64,000 bases of DNA from Eledone cirrhosa. Lineage: Eukaryota. Shown piece by piece: positions 13,491 to 26,300 of this stretch (position 1 is its first letter; the number at the start of each line of letters is the position of its first letter). A model generated the notes under the pieces. The model was not told where the DNA came from. It saw nothing but the letters and a program-made list of their open reading frames with translations, and ran no database searches. The DNA is taken from contig OZ024741.1 of assembly GCA_964016885.1 (NCBI GenBank), positions 324,198,001 through 324,262,000 of the forward strand. The letters are read 5' to 3'. Both the position numbers and the translations under genes were made by a program.

Positions 13491-13574
13491 TATATCTATC
13501 TATTTATCTGTATGTCTGTTTGTCTCTCTGTTTGTCTGTCTATTTATCTATGACTATCTATGACTATCTATGAC

Positions 13575-13740
13575 TCTTCTTCTTCTTCTTCTTCTTCTTC
13601 TTCTTCTTCTTCTTCTTCTTCTTCTTCTTCTTCTTCTTCTTCTCCTTCTCCTTCGCCTCCTCCTCCTCCTCCTCCTCCTCCTCCTCCTCCTTCTTCTTCT
13701 TCTTCTTCTTCTTCTTCTTCTTCTTCTTCTTCTTCTTCTT

Positions 13741-13770
<30 letters not shown>
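13575..13770 (+). repeat. (TTC)n/(TCC)n compound microsatellite, probable (AAG)n tail of the adjacent RTE
   Basis: Direct reading. Confidence 0.95.
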
Positions 13771-13773
<3 letters not shown>

Positions 13774-14400
13774 CCTGGAACTGTTTTGGAGACTGAATTC
13801 TCAAGCACACCTTCCAGTAGGTCCTGTCAAAAGCAACTGTCTCCAATTGATATGACAGAATGCATAAGCAGGACCAGCCGAGCTCATAGATGTTAGGTCA
13901 CCTGCCGGGTGTTTTTGGCCCTAAAATCTATCTAGTGATTCTTCCTAAGACATTTTGACCACAATGTCTGTAGTATCGGAGCTGTGATTACTCAATTTGG
14001 AGAAGTAGCGGATTTAACTGGTGTGACTCCCTGATCGCCGTGTTACGCAATCTGTCGAGTAACTTTTCCCTAAAGACCCTTCGGAGGAACACCATTTCGA
14101 CCACTAGTATTCGAGATCATATTCTTTCGATCATTGCCCAAGACTCATGACCATAGGTAAGGGTTGACACGAATAACGAGTTTGGTTTTTACATCTACCT
14201 CCCTTCTGATGACTGAATGCTGAAGCTGATGCATTACTGTACCAGCTCTTGCAATTCTTGCACTTAATTCAGTCTCTAGACTTCCATCACTCGTGAAAAC
14301 GATACTGAGACACGTGAACTTCTCCACCTGCCTCAGTGGGTCTCCACTCACATTTAGAGTTCAATGAACAAGCTTCATTGGGGGAATTAATGTCTCAACC
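13771..14400 (-). mobile_element. RTE-like LINE 3' fragment
   Basis: ORF 14145-14351 PLRQVEKFTCLSIVFTSDGSLETELSARIARA matches the post-RT thumb motif (F.YLG.....G....EI..RI..A) of RTE-group LINEs. Runs into an (AAG)n tail. Confidence 0.7.
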
Positions 14401-14489
14401 AACACAACGGTGATTTTCATTACTGCCCTGCATCACTCGGCACCTATGATAGTTATTTGCGATATAAGCGGGCTCTTATTATTATTATT

Positions 14490-15372
14490 GGACGAATAAG
14501 AAACCCCGTACTAACAGCGGTAAAGTACTAGCGGAGATGGTGCAATGGGAGACACTCTCAGCTCCTCAAATTCCTCTCACAACCTGGTGGTGTAGCTACG
14601 ACGAGGCGAGTAAAGGACAACACTAAAACAACGGGTATGAGAAAAGTACTAAATTGGTAAATGACACGAATAAGATCACTAAAACCTGCAATATGATTAG
14701 ATGCAATAAAAGCAGTCACACCGCATCTACCTGCTTATGGGATAACAAGGGACGCGTTCAGGATTTAAGTAGAAGGGCCTATTCGAAAAACGCTGCATGA
14801 TGTGCAGATGGGTCTGCGACCTGTTTTTGGAGGCGTTGGTTGGATGGATAAATGTTACGCATCATGAGGCCTCCAAAGAGGGTCCAGAAGGGAGAACATA
14901 ACCAAAAACAGTAATGGAATATTGTAACATATCCAATCTGTCGGGTATGCATGTGATACCTGACCAAGACATCGCAGCCAGCCGGCCATATATCATCATA
15001 AAAAACAAATCAAATTGTAACCTGATAGCCATTGCTGTGCAATCTGACAAGAATACGGTTGTAGAAACAATGGAAAAATTGTACAAAGTACAAAGACCTA
15101 GAAATAAAGATTACACCGCATGTGGAGCATGATCACAAACACTATCCATATCTTAAAATGAGCACTAGAATTAATACCCAAATCATCAGACCTGAATTTT
15201 GGCATCTTCTCTGCAGGCTCAGCAAATATGAGTTACAGGTGATTCGGCTACTAGGAACAGCACACATTCTCAGAGGAGCTCTCACTCTACAATGAAACCA
15301 TCTATTGTCATATGTTCAAGACCTGAACCCGGCAAAGAAGAAACAGAACAGAACCGAGCGAAATGAACCAAT
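14490..15372 (+). mobile_element. R4/Dong-like LINE remnant (degenerate RLE domain); 5' boundary uncertain
   Basis: 14914-15290 translates as decayed RPYIII..LIAIAV.SD...EKL.KY.DLE...LLGTAHILR and is followed by AATAATAAT. Confidence 0.65.
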
Positions 15373-15565
15373 AATAATTGTTTCTACTTTTGGCACAAGG
15401 TCAGCAATTACTCAGTACATTACTGGTACTTTATTTCATCGACCCCGTAAGGATGAAAGGAAAAGTTAACCTCGACGGGATTTGAACTCAGACCATAGAA
15501 GGACGTAATTCTATGCTGCAAAGCATGGTGTCCGACTCTCTGCGATACTGCCAATCCACTGCCCT
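15373..15565 (-). mobile_element. Nin-domain tRNA-SINE
   Basis: Reverse complement of the 36793 copy: GGTGGATTGGCAG head, GAGTTCAAATCC B-box, TTTCATCCTTACGGGGTCGAT core, CCTTGTGCCAAAAGTAGAAAC tail. Confidence 0.85.
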
Positions 15566-15581
15566 AAATAAAACAATAATA

Positions 15582-15728
15582 ATAATAATTGTTTCTACCT
15601 TTGGCACAAGGTCAGCAATTATCCAGTACATTACTGGTACTTTATTTTATCGACCACGTATGGATGAAAGGCAAAGATAACCTCAGCGGGATTTGAACTC
15701 AGATCGTAAAGGGACGTAACTATGCTGG
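15582..15728 (-). mobile_element. Nin-domain tRNA-SINE, 5'-truncated
   Basis: Same core and tail as the neighbouring copy. Confidence 0.82.
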
Positions 15729-15733
15729 CAAGC

Positions 15734-15774
<41 letters not shown>

Positions 15775-15786
15775 TAATAATAATGA

Positions 15787-18700
15787 TTTCATTTATTAGC
15801 CACCAGGGCCGACATGTAGGGGACAATACAAAGACAGGGACAGTGGGGGTTTACAATAAGGTGGAGTAAAAGTGCACAATGGCAAGACTAATTTAACAAT
15901 GAAAATATAAAATATAAAATAAACTATGCATAAATATAACAAAATAAATTCCCCGATAGGGGGTATACGACCCTCGGTTGATTCAGGTACCCCACCAATC
16001 CTGAACCACCCTGCGCTTCTAGGGCACCCAGGGAGAGCACCCCTCTCCTCAAGTTAGCTAGCCTATAGGCGCATGGTCAGAGTAGGCCCATTCACACGAG
16101 CCATTCTCGCCACATTCACCCACCTTTTAGCAAATGTACTGGGGAGCAGCACTTCTCTCTCCACCCTCACCTTCCTTTCCAGGTGAAACTTGAAGAAGTT
16201 GATGAGGGATTGGCCGAAGAGAAAAGTGTCTGTCTTTAGTCCTTTCAACCTGGTCCACCATATAATCTCTAAGGCAAATGCCACCAGACAGAGGAAAATT
16301 TCCTGCTCTTCCTGACCTAAGGAAGGCGGTGGATCGATCTTCACTATGGACTCGGCCGATAGCCGGATTCGTTCCACACGCGACAGTAGCTGTTCGACAT
16401 AACTCCACAAGTCAGTAATGCACGGACATTGGACAAGTGCGTGCAGAACGGTTTCGTCGTTCTGTGCGCATATTGGGCAGGTCCGTCTGACAGCACTTCC
16501 GTACCTGTAGAGTTTATCCCGAACCGGCAGTGCCCCCCGGTAGCACTACCAAGTGAGAGATTTCTGGAAATTGTCCATCGTCCCCGGCTCAAAAGTCCTC
16601 CGGTACAGACTGGTCAGTTCGACTTCGTCGAGGCCCAAAGCTTCTCCGAGTGCGTCATCGCACTTGCCCACCACTAATCCTCTATAGAACTCGAGAGTGG
16701 AAGTTCCACTGGTCGTATTGCCCGCTTGGTAGAGGGCAGTGAGTGCCTGGCAACATTCCAGGTGCCAGTCATCCAGTCTCGGTCTCTTCTTGACCCAGGA
16801 CTGCAGCTCAGTCAAAGAAATGAGCTGCGGAAAGGCCCGTCTGATAACCGGTGACCACACCTGTTCACCGTTGAGGCAGAATATCTGGAGATGTCGCAGC
16901 CTCAACGCATGTCTGCGCATCATTAGCCACGGCATGCCCAGCCCTCCGCGTAGAGGGTGCTGGCAGCAGATGAACCGCCTCACCAACGGAATCTGTCCCC
17001 TCCACAAGAATTTGAAGAGGAGCCGTTCCAGCTTGACGAGGCGCGGACGGGGACAAGGCACGACGGTCAGGCGGTAGTAGATGACGCACGCGATGTACGC
17101 ATTCGCCACCTCTGCGCGACCTTTCAGTGATAGCTTCCTCCCAGCCCATTTTTGGGTGAGACTGGCTACTCTGCTCGTTACCTCGTCACAACTCTTTTCC
17201 ACCTGGAGGTCTGGTCCGAACCAAACCCCGAGCAACTTTACCGGTCCGTCCGTCCAGCGCCCCACGACGCTGTTGGACGGCATGGGCTTGCCTCTCCAGG
17301 TTCCGAGCTGCAAGCCCATCGACTTTTCCGGGTTAAGTTTGGCTCCTGTCAATTTTTCATATTCCTCCAATAAGTTGCCGACCACCTCGATTCCTGAGGT
17401 GTTCGACACCATCACGGTGATGTCGTCCGCATAAGCCGACACCGCCTTTCCACGTCCCGGTTCGAGCGGGATGCCCTGCAACAGCTCCAGCTTCTGCAGT
17501 AAAGGCTCGAGAGTCAATACGTACAGAAGGAAAGAGATAGGGCACTCTTGACGGACCGATCGGGAGAGCCGAAATGGTTCCGAGAGGTGGCCATTAACCT
17601 TTACCACAGAGCGTGTGCCGCTGTGCATTGCAACGATCCAGCTTCTAAAGACAGGGCCGAAGCCAGCTGCTTTGAGGACAAACTCCAGATACCGATGGTC
17701 GACCCTATCGAATGCTTTCGATTGATCTAAATTGATCAGTGCCCCACCGAAGCCAGATTTACACCCTACCCTCTCTATGATGTATCGCATGAGGTGGAGA
17801 TTGTCGTGTATGGACCTGGCTGGGATTGCGTAAGTTTGCGCCTCCCCAAACAAATCCTCGACGACAAGCGCCAATCTCTTTGCTATCACCTTGGCCAAAA
17901 TCTTAAACTCTGTGTTGAGCAGAGTTATGGGCCTGAAGTTGTCTAATGTATCCCTCTTGTTCTCGTCTTTCCTTATCAGCGTCACCACTCCCCTGCTCAC
18001 AGAACTGGGAATACTCCCATTCTGCTGCCAGTTGCAGTAGAGTGCTTCGAGGAGTTCGGAGAACAAGTCTGGCATATTTATGTAAAGCTCGTAGGGCAGG
18101 CCATCCAAACCGGGTGACTTGCGCCTCATGCAGCCGACAAGGGCGTCCTGAGTTTCGGCTGAAGTAATCGGCCTTTCGCAGCGCTCAACGTCGACCGTCG
18201 AGATGCGCGGCAAGCCGTCAAGGTAGGGACTGAAATCCGCTACTCTCTCTGACTCGCCACTCTCTCTGAACAACCTAGCAAAGTGCTGGCGAAAGGCCTC
18301 ACACATCCGCTTGGAATCGCTTATCTCGTGTCCGTCTCGGTCCGCCAAAGACCGAATTGTGGTTTTATTACCACGCCGCGTCTCCGCCACGCGGGCCCAT
18401 CGAACAGCTTTAGTTCCCTCGTTTCTCAGCGCACGCGCCTTAGCTCTGACAATGCAACCTTCGTGTTTCGCATTGAAGAAATGGTCTAATGCCATTCTCG
18501 CCGCTAGCACGTCAGTTGCGATGCCACTACAAATAGCCTCGTCTAACTTATCTACCAGCTCCCCCTCCTTTCTATTTTTCTCTAACGCTAGTTCTTTGCT
18601 GAAATCTATCGAAGTTACTCTAATCTCTCTTTCGAGAGCCACCCACCATCTGTTGTTGATGACCCCCCCCCCCCCCTGTCAACTTTTGCTTAACTAAATT

Positions 18701-18874
18701 GTTGACTCGGCCCCTGTAAGCCTTACGTGCCGGAAATGACATGTTCAGCTTCCAGTAACCCGGTCCTAACCTACGCGTTTTATTTAGGTCCACCGTACAG
18801 ATCACAAATTTGTGATCTGAATAGGCGACCGTTTTAAAAAGTGGAAAGCCCACACTATTTCTATCTATTTTCAT
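15787..18874 (-). mobile_element. Tx1 copy 4 (ATT lineage), 5'-truncated, least decayed
   Basis: ORF2 from the end of APE to its stop at 16063. 3' end GGCCCTGGTGGCTAATAAATGAAATC then (ATT)n; 5' end abuts an (ATT)n SINE tail. Confidence 0.94.
16546..18642 (-). CDS. Tx1 ORF2 reverse transcriptase region (698 aa open)
   Basis: SPGLDGLP, FRPITLLNTEFKIL, DQSKAFDRVDH, AYADD, VKLLGVWF. Confidence 0.9.
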   Translation of the reverse strand: MALEREIRVTSIDFSKELALEKNRKEGELVDKLDEAICSGIATDVLAARMALDHFFNAKHEGCIVRAKARALRNEGTKAVRWARVAETRRGNKTTIRSLADRDGHEISDSKRMCEAFRQHFARLFRESGESERVADFSPYLDGLPRISTVDVERCERPITSAETQDALVGCMRRKSPGLDGLPYELYINMPDLFSELLEALYCNWQQNGSIPSSVSRGVVTLIRKDENKRDTLDNFRPITLLNTEFKILAKVIAKRLALVVEDLFGEAQTYAIPARSIHDNLHLMRYIIERVGCKSGFGGALINLDQSKAFDRVDHRYLEFVLKAAGFGPVFRSWIVAMHSGTRSVVKVNGHLSEPFRLSRSVRQECPISFLLYVLTLEPLLQKLELLQGIPLEPGRGKAVSAYADDITVMVSNTSGIEVVGNLLEEYEKLTGAKLNPEKSMGLQLGTWRGKPMPSNSVVGRWTDGPVKLLGVWFGPDLQVEKSCDEVTSRVASLTQKWAGRKLSLKGRAEVANAYIACVIYYRLTVVPCPRPRLVKLERLLFKFLWRGQIPLVRRFICCQHPLRGGLGMPWLMMRRHALRLRHLQIFCLNGEQVWSPVIRRAFPQLISLTELQSWVKKRPRLDDWHLECCQALTALYQAGNTTSGTSTLEFYRGLVVGKCDDALGEALGLDEVELTSLYRRTFEPGTMDNFQKSLTW

Positions 18875-18960
18875 AAATAATAATAATAATAATTGTTTCT
18901 ACTGTTGGCACAAGGCCAGCAATTACCAGTGTATTGCTGGTACTTTATTTTATCGACCCC

Positions 18961-18962
<2 letters not shown>
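18875..18962 (-). mobile_element. SINE 3' fragment between Tx1 copies 4 and 5
   Basis: Reverse complement reads GGGGTCGATAAAATAAAGTACCAG...GGCCTTGTGCCAACAGTAGAAACAATTATT. Confidence 0.8.
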
Positions 18963-19011
<49 letters not shown>

Positions 19012-19012
<1 letters not shown>

Positions 19013-22000
19013 TTTCTATATTGGCCACAAGGGCTAACATGAAGAAAACATTACAGACGACACAGAACGGTACAGGACGATACAAAGTGGGTTTTGGCCG
19101 TGTAAAAAAGGTTATAACAAGATGGAAATATAAAAAAAATTCAAACAACAAAAAATTGCTCAATAGGAGGGAAACATCTGAGGGTCACTCGTGGCGAAAA
19201 CCACACAAAAGATCACGGCCACCCTGACCACCCGGGCAACCGCCCTCTCTCAGTTTTCCCACTCCCCAGTCCACAAGCGCAAACTCAAAGCGGGCCCGTT
19301 TACTCGGACCATTCGCGCTACATTCACCCATCTTTCAACAAACTAACTAGAAGACAGCACTTGCCTCTCCACCCTGATTTTCCTCTTCAAGTGAATCTTG
19401 AAAAAGTTAATCAGGGATTGGCCGAAGAGGAAAGTGTCCGTCTTCAACCCTTTCAACCTTGTCCACCACACAATCTCTTTCGCCATGGCCACCAGGCAGA
19501 TGCAAACTGCCTGCCCTTCCTCCTCTTTAAAGGAGGATGGCGGAGCTAGCTGTACAATGTACTCAGTCGAAAACCGGATCCGTCCTACACGCGACGGCAG
19601 CTGTTCGACATAGCTCTACAAGTCAACAATCCTCGGGCACTGAACGAGTGCGTGCAGGACGGTTTCGTCCCCCTGCGCGCCTCAAGGCAAGCTCGACTGA
19701 CAGCACCTCCGTGCCTGTAGAGCTTATCCCGAACCGGCAACGCTCCCCGGTAGCATTCCCCACCTTCGCCCGACCTTTCAGAGACAGCCTCCTCTCGGCC
19801 CATATCTGGGTGAGAGAGGCCACCCTGCTCGTCATCTCGCTCCAGTTGTTCTCAATCTGGAGGTCCTAAACCGAACCAGAGCCCGAGCAATTTAACCGGT
19901 CCTTCCGTCCAGCACCCCACGACGCTGTGGGACGGCAAGGACCTTCCTCTCCAGGGGCCGAGTTGCAAGCCCACCGACTTTTCCTGATTTATCTTTGTTC
20001 CTGTCACCGCTTCGTATTCCTTGAGAGCAGAGCTGAGCATCTGGACGTGTTTGGTGCTCGAAACCACCATGGTGACGTCGTCGGCATAAGCTGACACGGA
20101 TCTCCTGCATCCCAGTTCGCGTGGAACCCCCCTCATCGTCTCCAATGTGTGCAGGAACGGCTCGAGGGCCAGTACGTACAAGAGGGACGAGAAGGGGAAA
20201 CCCTGGTGGACCGAGCGCATGATGCTGAAAGGCTGCGACAGGTGACCATTCACCCTCACAATCGAGCAGATGACGCTGTGTATCGCAGCGATCCAGCCCC
20301 TAAAAACGGTCCCGAATCCGGCCGCCTCGAGGACCGCATCCAGGTACGGATGGTCGACCCTACCAAATGCTTTAGATTGATCCAAGTTGATCAGGGTCCC
20401 ACCCATGCCAGGTTCCTTAACCACCCTCTCTATGATGTATCGCATGAGATGGAGGTTGTTGTGGATGGATCTGTCCGGGATGGCGCATGTCTGCGACTCT
20501 CCCACCAGATCACCGACGACAAGCGCTAATCACTTTGCTAACACCTTGGCCAAAATCTTAAATTCTGCGTTTAGCAGAGTTATGGGCCTGAAGTTGTCTA
20601 TAGCGTCCCCTTCGGGTCTTTTCTGAGCTGCGCCACCGCTCCTCGGCTCACAAAACTGGGAATGCTCCCGTTTTGCTGCCAGTTGCAGTAGACATCTACC
20701 AAGAGGTCGCCGAACAAGTCTGGCATATACGCATAAAGTTCGTAGGGTAGACCATCCAAACCTGGTGATTTACCCGATCCTGCAGTCAGGCATCGCTTCC
20801 CGTATTTCACCTGCTGTTATCGGCTTCTGCTGTTGTCGAGAGCCGCAGCAGTCCGTCGAGGCATGCACGGGAGTCCATACTCCGATCCAACCTGCCGCCG
20901 CTCCCTAACAATTGAGCAAAGTGCTGTTGAAAAGCCGCACACATCTGCTCGAGTTCGAGCAACATGCGCCCGTTTTTATCAGGCAAAGACCGAATTGTGG
21001 ACTTGTTACCACGTCGTGCCTCGATCACCAGGTCCCATTGAACGGCTTTCGTCCCCTCTGACAACGCAGCCATCGTTCTTTGAGTGCCAATCTCGCCGCA
21101 AGTACGTCGGTTGCGATGCTAGTCCTAACCCCCTCTTCTAGCTTTCTAATTAACTCTCCTTCTACTCTTTTTTCCTCTATCACTACTCCTTTGCCAAACC
21201 TTATCGATTCTATTCTAATAGCCCTTTTCAGAGTAAACCACCACGTGTTGTTGACGATCGCACCCGTCAACGCACGCTTAACTAATTCGCTAATCCGGTC
21301 TCTGTAAGATTTACAAGCTGGGAACGACGCGTTGAGCTTCCAGTAGCCGGGCCCTTGCCTATTGAGTCTATCTAAGTCAACTTCACAGATCACAAATTGT
21401 GGTCCGTGTAGTCGAATACTTTAAATTGTGGACAACCTACACTAGCCTTATCTGTTTCCCTACAGAATACCCTATCTAAATACGATCTGGATGACCCGAT
21501 GCGATTTGCCCATGTCCACATTGGCACATTCGGATAATCCAGTCTATAACTCTCAGACAGTTCAAAACGTCTCAGCAGGTTGTTGAGGCGTTTACAGCCT
21601 ACTGCCCTATCTACTAGCTTCACATAATCTCAGCGTGCATCTAAGATATCATTCCAGTCGCCCACTAACACTAAAGAGTGGGACGTTCAAAGAAAGGTCT
21701 CTAGACGTCTGAAGAAATCTGGCCGTCCTGCCCTTGTTAGGGCGTAGACGACTACTAGCCTGAAAGCATTGCCTTCACCTCCGGTCACGTCCAGCAGCAC
21801 AGACTTACCTTCTGGGTCCAGGAAGATGGCCCGTATGGCGAGAACCAAGCCTCTGCGAAAAAGCACGGCAAGTCCCGCCACCGAACCTGGACGGCTGGGA
21901 GATGCGTATACATCGTAACCGCCGAAGATCGGTGTGAAGGCACGTGCTTCGGAGATTCTTATCTAGGTGATGGCCACCACATCTATATTTAGTGACCTGA

Positions 22001-23388
22001 GGTCGTTGAGCAGGTGACCCTGCTTCCAAGATGACCTCAGGCCACGTACATTTATACTCCCTATACTAAGTACGGTCATGTTGGATGAGAAGCGGGGTAA
22101 GTGAGAAAGGATCACTCACCTTGATCGTGGGTGTATCCTCTGAAATCTGCAACTGCGTTGGGGAACTTTTGTTTTAAAAGTTTGTAATGTTCTATTTTGA
22201 TTCAATGATATTTATGTTTGTCGGGAGAGTTCTTGGTGTTGGTGGGGTGTAGTAGATGTTTTTCTCTGATGTCTGTGTGCTGCTTTATATGCTGTAAGAG
22301 TTCTTTATTTGCCATGTTTATGGCTGTGTACGGTTGGGGGGGGGGCGGTGATTTTGTTGCTGTTTTATTGTTGTTGTTGTTGGGTGTGTGTGTTTTGTTG
22401 TGTTTGCGGTGTTGGTGTTTTTGATGATGCTGGTGGTGCTGTGGTTGTTGTTGGTGGTGATGCTTGTGGTGGTGATGGTGATGGGCGTGGTGTTGCTGCA
22501 AGTCTCCTTGCAGCCTTTACCCCTCTTTGTCTGCCTTCGCTTTTGAAGGGTGAAGCTAAGGGGTTTTACCTTTTTACTTTTTTTGTGGCAGACCGTTTGC
22601 CACTCCCTCCCGCCTCACACTCCATGTCAGATTTCGTGGCGTCTGGGAGGGGTATGAGCTCCACCGCTGTTGGTGGTGGTAGTGGAGCCCGTTCCATCGA
22701 TTTTGCCGTCGGTGTAGCTACTGCGACTTTTGGTGTTATTGCCACTGCTGCCGCTGCTTTAGTTCTCCGGGGCCTTGGTATGGGTGCCACGGACGTTTCC
22801 CTCCTACTCACTATGGAAGAGTCTTCTGCCTCTGTTGCCTGCCCTGCTCTTGGTAGCAGCGGATCAGGCGTCGGAAGGAGGGGACCCTCTCTTGGATTTC
22901 TTCTGCGGGCAGAAGTCACTGAGGTGACCCTTCTGCCCACAGAGATAGCACTTTGGACGCCTTTCTTCCACTGTTATAGGGAGTTGGAGCCCTTCTTCGA
23001 GGTCTATGATGTCTGGGATGGCCTCGATGCACTCTTGGTCAGTCTGTATTAGCATTTGCATGCATATTCCTGACCGGTTATCTCTTCCCATTCTCTGTAT
23101 TTGCAGTATGGTGGTTTTCTCCATTCCAGCCATTACAGACTCGGCCAGCCAAGGTATGGGCACGTCGGGTGGGACCTGAGTCACTTTGACCCTCACAATT
23201 TTCTGCCCGCAGTAGGAGGGCACCAAGACTATCTCCTCACTCTTTAGGGTTTCCAAAGAGTGAGACTACGTTTCTTGGGGGGGTCTACTGTGGCGTACTT
23301 TTTGCCTCGGGTGATGTGGGTGTTGCGCGCCCAGACGCACCCCAAGGCCTTTTGGATTTGAGCCTTCGTGGCTCTCTCCACCCGATGT
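19012..23388 (-). mobile_element. Tx1 copy 5 (ATT lineage), inactive; partial ORF1 plus ORF2 with internal deletion
   Basis: ORF1 knuckle CYLCGQKGHLSDFC (22864-23256), ORF2 ATG at 22079, RT 19852-20505 (AYADD). Ends CCCTTGTGGCCAATATAGAAATC then (ATT)n. Confidence 0.92.
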
Positions 23389-26300
23389 TATTAATTTTGG
23401 CAATATTATTTCACAAATATGACCCTCCCCAAGTATAACAATATTTGTTTCGACACACGATTTCATATCAAAAACCTCGCAAAACTAATTCATCGCCGTT
23501 ATGGCATTAGCTTGTGCCAAGCTGAAAGGTTATTGAAAGACACTGTTTTCTGTTATATAAAAACTACAATAACAACAGAACAAATCCGCTTCTTAAAACA
23601 CTGTGTTTCATTCAAAATATACACAACAAACATATTAAAACAAGTAAATAATTTATTATTAAACAAAACACAAGCTGAACGACTAAAACACATAATAACA
23701 GTTAATATGAAAAGAACAACATACACAAAAGTTAACGAACTTTACAGACAGAAACGCATTAACGGTAAGGAAGTTCGAAATCTCACCACACCAAACGAGA
23801 GGGATGAACTCATGAGCGTCATTCGACGTGAAACGAAATACGCTCAAAACGAATGCAATAGGCATTTCAATAAGAAATTAGAATGGATGAATAAGAAAAA
23901 ACTAGAAGAAAGAAAAATAGAATATTCACAAAAATACCCAGATAACATCAGCAATATCCGTATGACTGATGTAGAACTACCGGAAGAATTTACCAATGAC
24001 CACACAGTAAATATTTATGGGAACACTTTAATCAGTGAACAAGAACAACAAATGCAGCAGCTGCCACCAAAATTTGCTATCTATAAAAAGAATAACCCTA
24101 TTGAGTGCAAAACGGAGCTGGAAAAGTGTTTCACAAAAATACGTTGGAATGCAAAAGTAAACAACAACAACTATACGGACAACAACAACAATAATAACGA
24201 TAGTAGTAATATAAACAATAACTCTGAGTATAGAAATAACAGCTATAATAGTAATAGTCATAACAATAACAATTGCAGGAGGGTGAGAAATAGTAATAAT
24301 GGTAATAATATTAACGATAGACAGAACAACAACAACAACAACCATAATAATAATAGAAACATTAACGGCAGACAAAGCAGCAGCTACCACAGCAGTAATA
24401 ATGGTAATAATACGAGTAACAACAACAACCACAGTGGTAATAATAGAAATAATACATGTAGCAACATTAATCATAGACACAACAACAACAAAAACAAGAA
24501 ACATATTAAAGGTAAACAACCACAATGGTAGAAATAACAGTAACAACAACAATAACGGTGGAGAAAACAACAACAATACATCTAGCAATCATAACAATAA
24601 TAATAATGCTAATGATAGGAACAACAACAACCACCATAATAACAATAATAGCAACACACCCAACTATGACGATAGATATAATGACAGCCCCTTAGAGAAA
24701 CTATTCTTCAATCCAGCTGACAAAACATATAAGATAGGTAATATCTACCCTATGAGGTTACCCTTTAATAAAAGGGTTTGTATACCACAACAAATAGATG
24801 ACGAGACAGAGGCACAGTTCACCATAGCTAGAAATAAGATTAGACAAATAGTAGACAGGTATACTAAGAGACAAAGCAGACTAGAGGTCCAACAACTTGG
24901 GAGGAAACCTGTAGAAGGCTTGGTTAGCCTCAAGGAGCGCACAAGGGATGGTGAGGTAGTATGTCTACTCACGGATAAGTCTGGTAGGATGTCAATAGTC
25001 AGCATGCCGACCTACATCAAGGCTATGCAACCCCACATCACCAACACGAGCGAAATTGCACAACAAATACATGATGGGAGAGAGAAAATTCTCAACGCTC
25101 ACATGATGATGTGGACCGACATCCTAAAGCCAAGCAGACGCACTGCCAACAACTTCCAGGCGTCTAACATTGGCATACCACCTTTTATGGGCTCCGCAAA
25201 GACCATAAGACAGTCGACGACCCGACAACAGGACCACCAACAAAACCTGTATGCGGAGCAAATATAGCTAGCAACTACAGGATTTCCAACTCGCTCTCAA
25301 TGGTTATACGCCCCATAATCAAGATGTCCCCAGATGTATGTGACAGTACAGAGGACCTCCTCAGCAGAATCAGTGAGTGCAACAAAAACAAAACCCTATC
25401 CAACTGCATAATAGGCAGTATGGATGTGGTATCACTGTACCCATCCATTAACATTGATTTTGCTGTGGAAAAATGTGTGGAGATGATCATTGAGAGTGAG
25501 GTGGAGTTCTGCGACGTCGACACAGACAAACTGGGCCTCCTACTTAGACTTACCTATGACACTGACTACATAGACAGCCATGACCGTAGACGTTTCTGTC
25601 CCAGTAGACCCATAAGAGGTAGACTCCCCACCATAACCTCAATGGCAAAAAAATCTCCCATGGGAAGATGGATTGGGTGGACCAAAGCTTATGGACCCCC
25701 CAAAACAATGATCGGGTAAGAAAAATGGTTGCACATGCAATAGGGGCTAGTATCAAAACTACCCTAAAGGGCCACATATTCAAATTCAACGAGAAGATCT
25801 ACTCCCAAAATGAGTGAGCAACCATTGGCGTCAGCATAGCTGGTGACGTTGCCAACCTTTTTATGGTATGGTGGGAAAGGAGACTCAAATATCTCCTTGA
25901 TGAGAGCTCCATAGACCTCATCATGTACTCTCGTTACGTAGACGACATCAATATAGTAATAAGGACATCCCCACAAGAGAGTACTAACAAGTTTGATTTA
26001 GAACGTAACACAATGGAAAGCATCCAGCAGATAGCTAATTCCATACACCAGAGTATAACTGTAAATATCGACTACCCTTCCAAACACCCTAACGATAGAC
26101 TACTTGTATTAGACACGGAACTCTGGATTAACACTATAGACGAGAGAGCCCAAATTCTCCACTCACACTACGCTAAACCCATGGCCTCCAAATACCTGAT
26201 ACACAAAATCTCAGCAATATCCAGTAGTGCTAAGTTTAATATTCTGATCGCAGACTTGGTACGAGTGATGAAGAACGTATCCCGCGTGTGCAACCCAACA

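Noticed and set aside
16739-18697. Antisense ORFs over Tx1 ORF2, recurring in several copies
   Set aside because: Short shadows of GC-rich coding sequence with no domain features.
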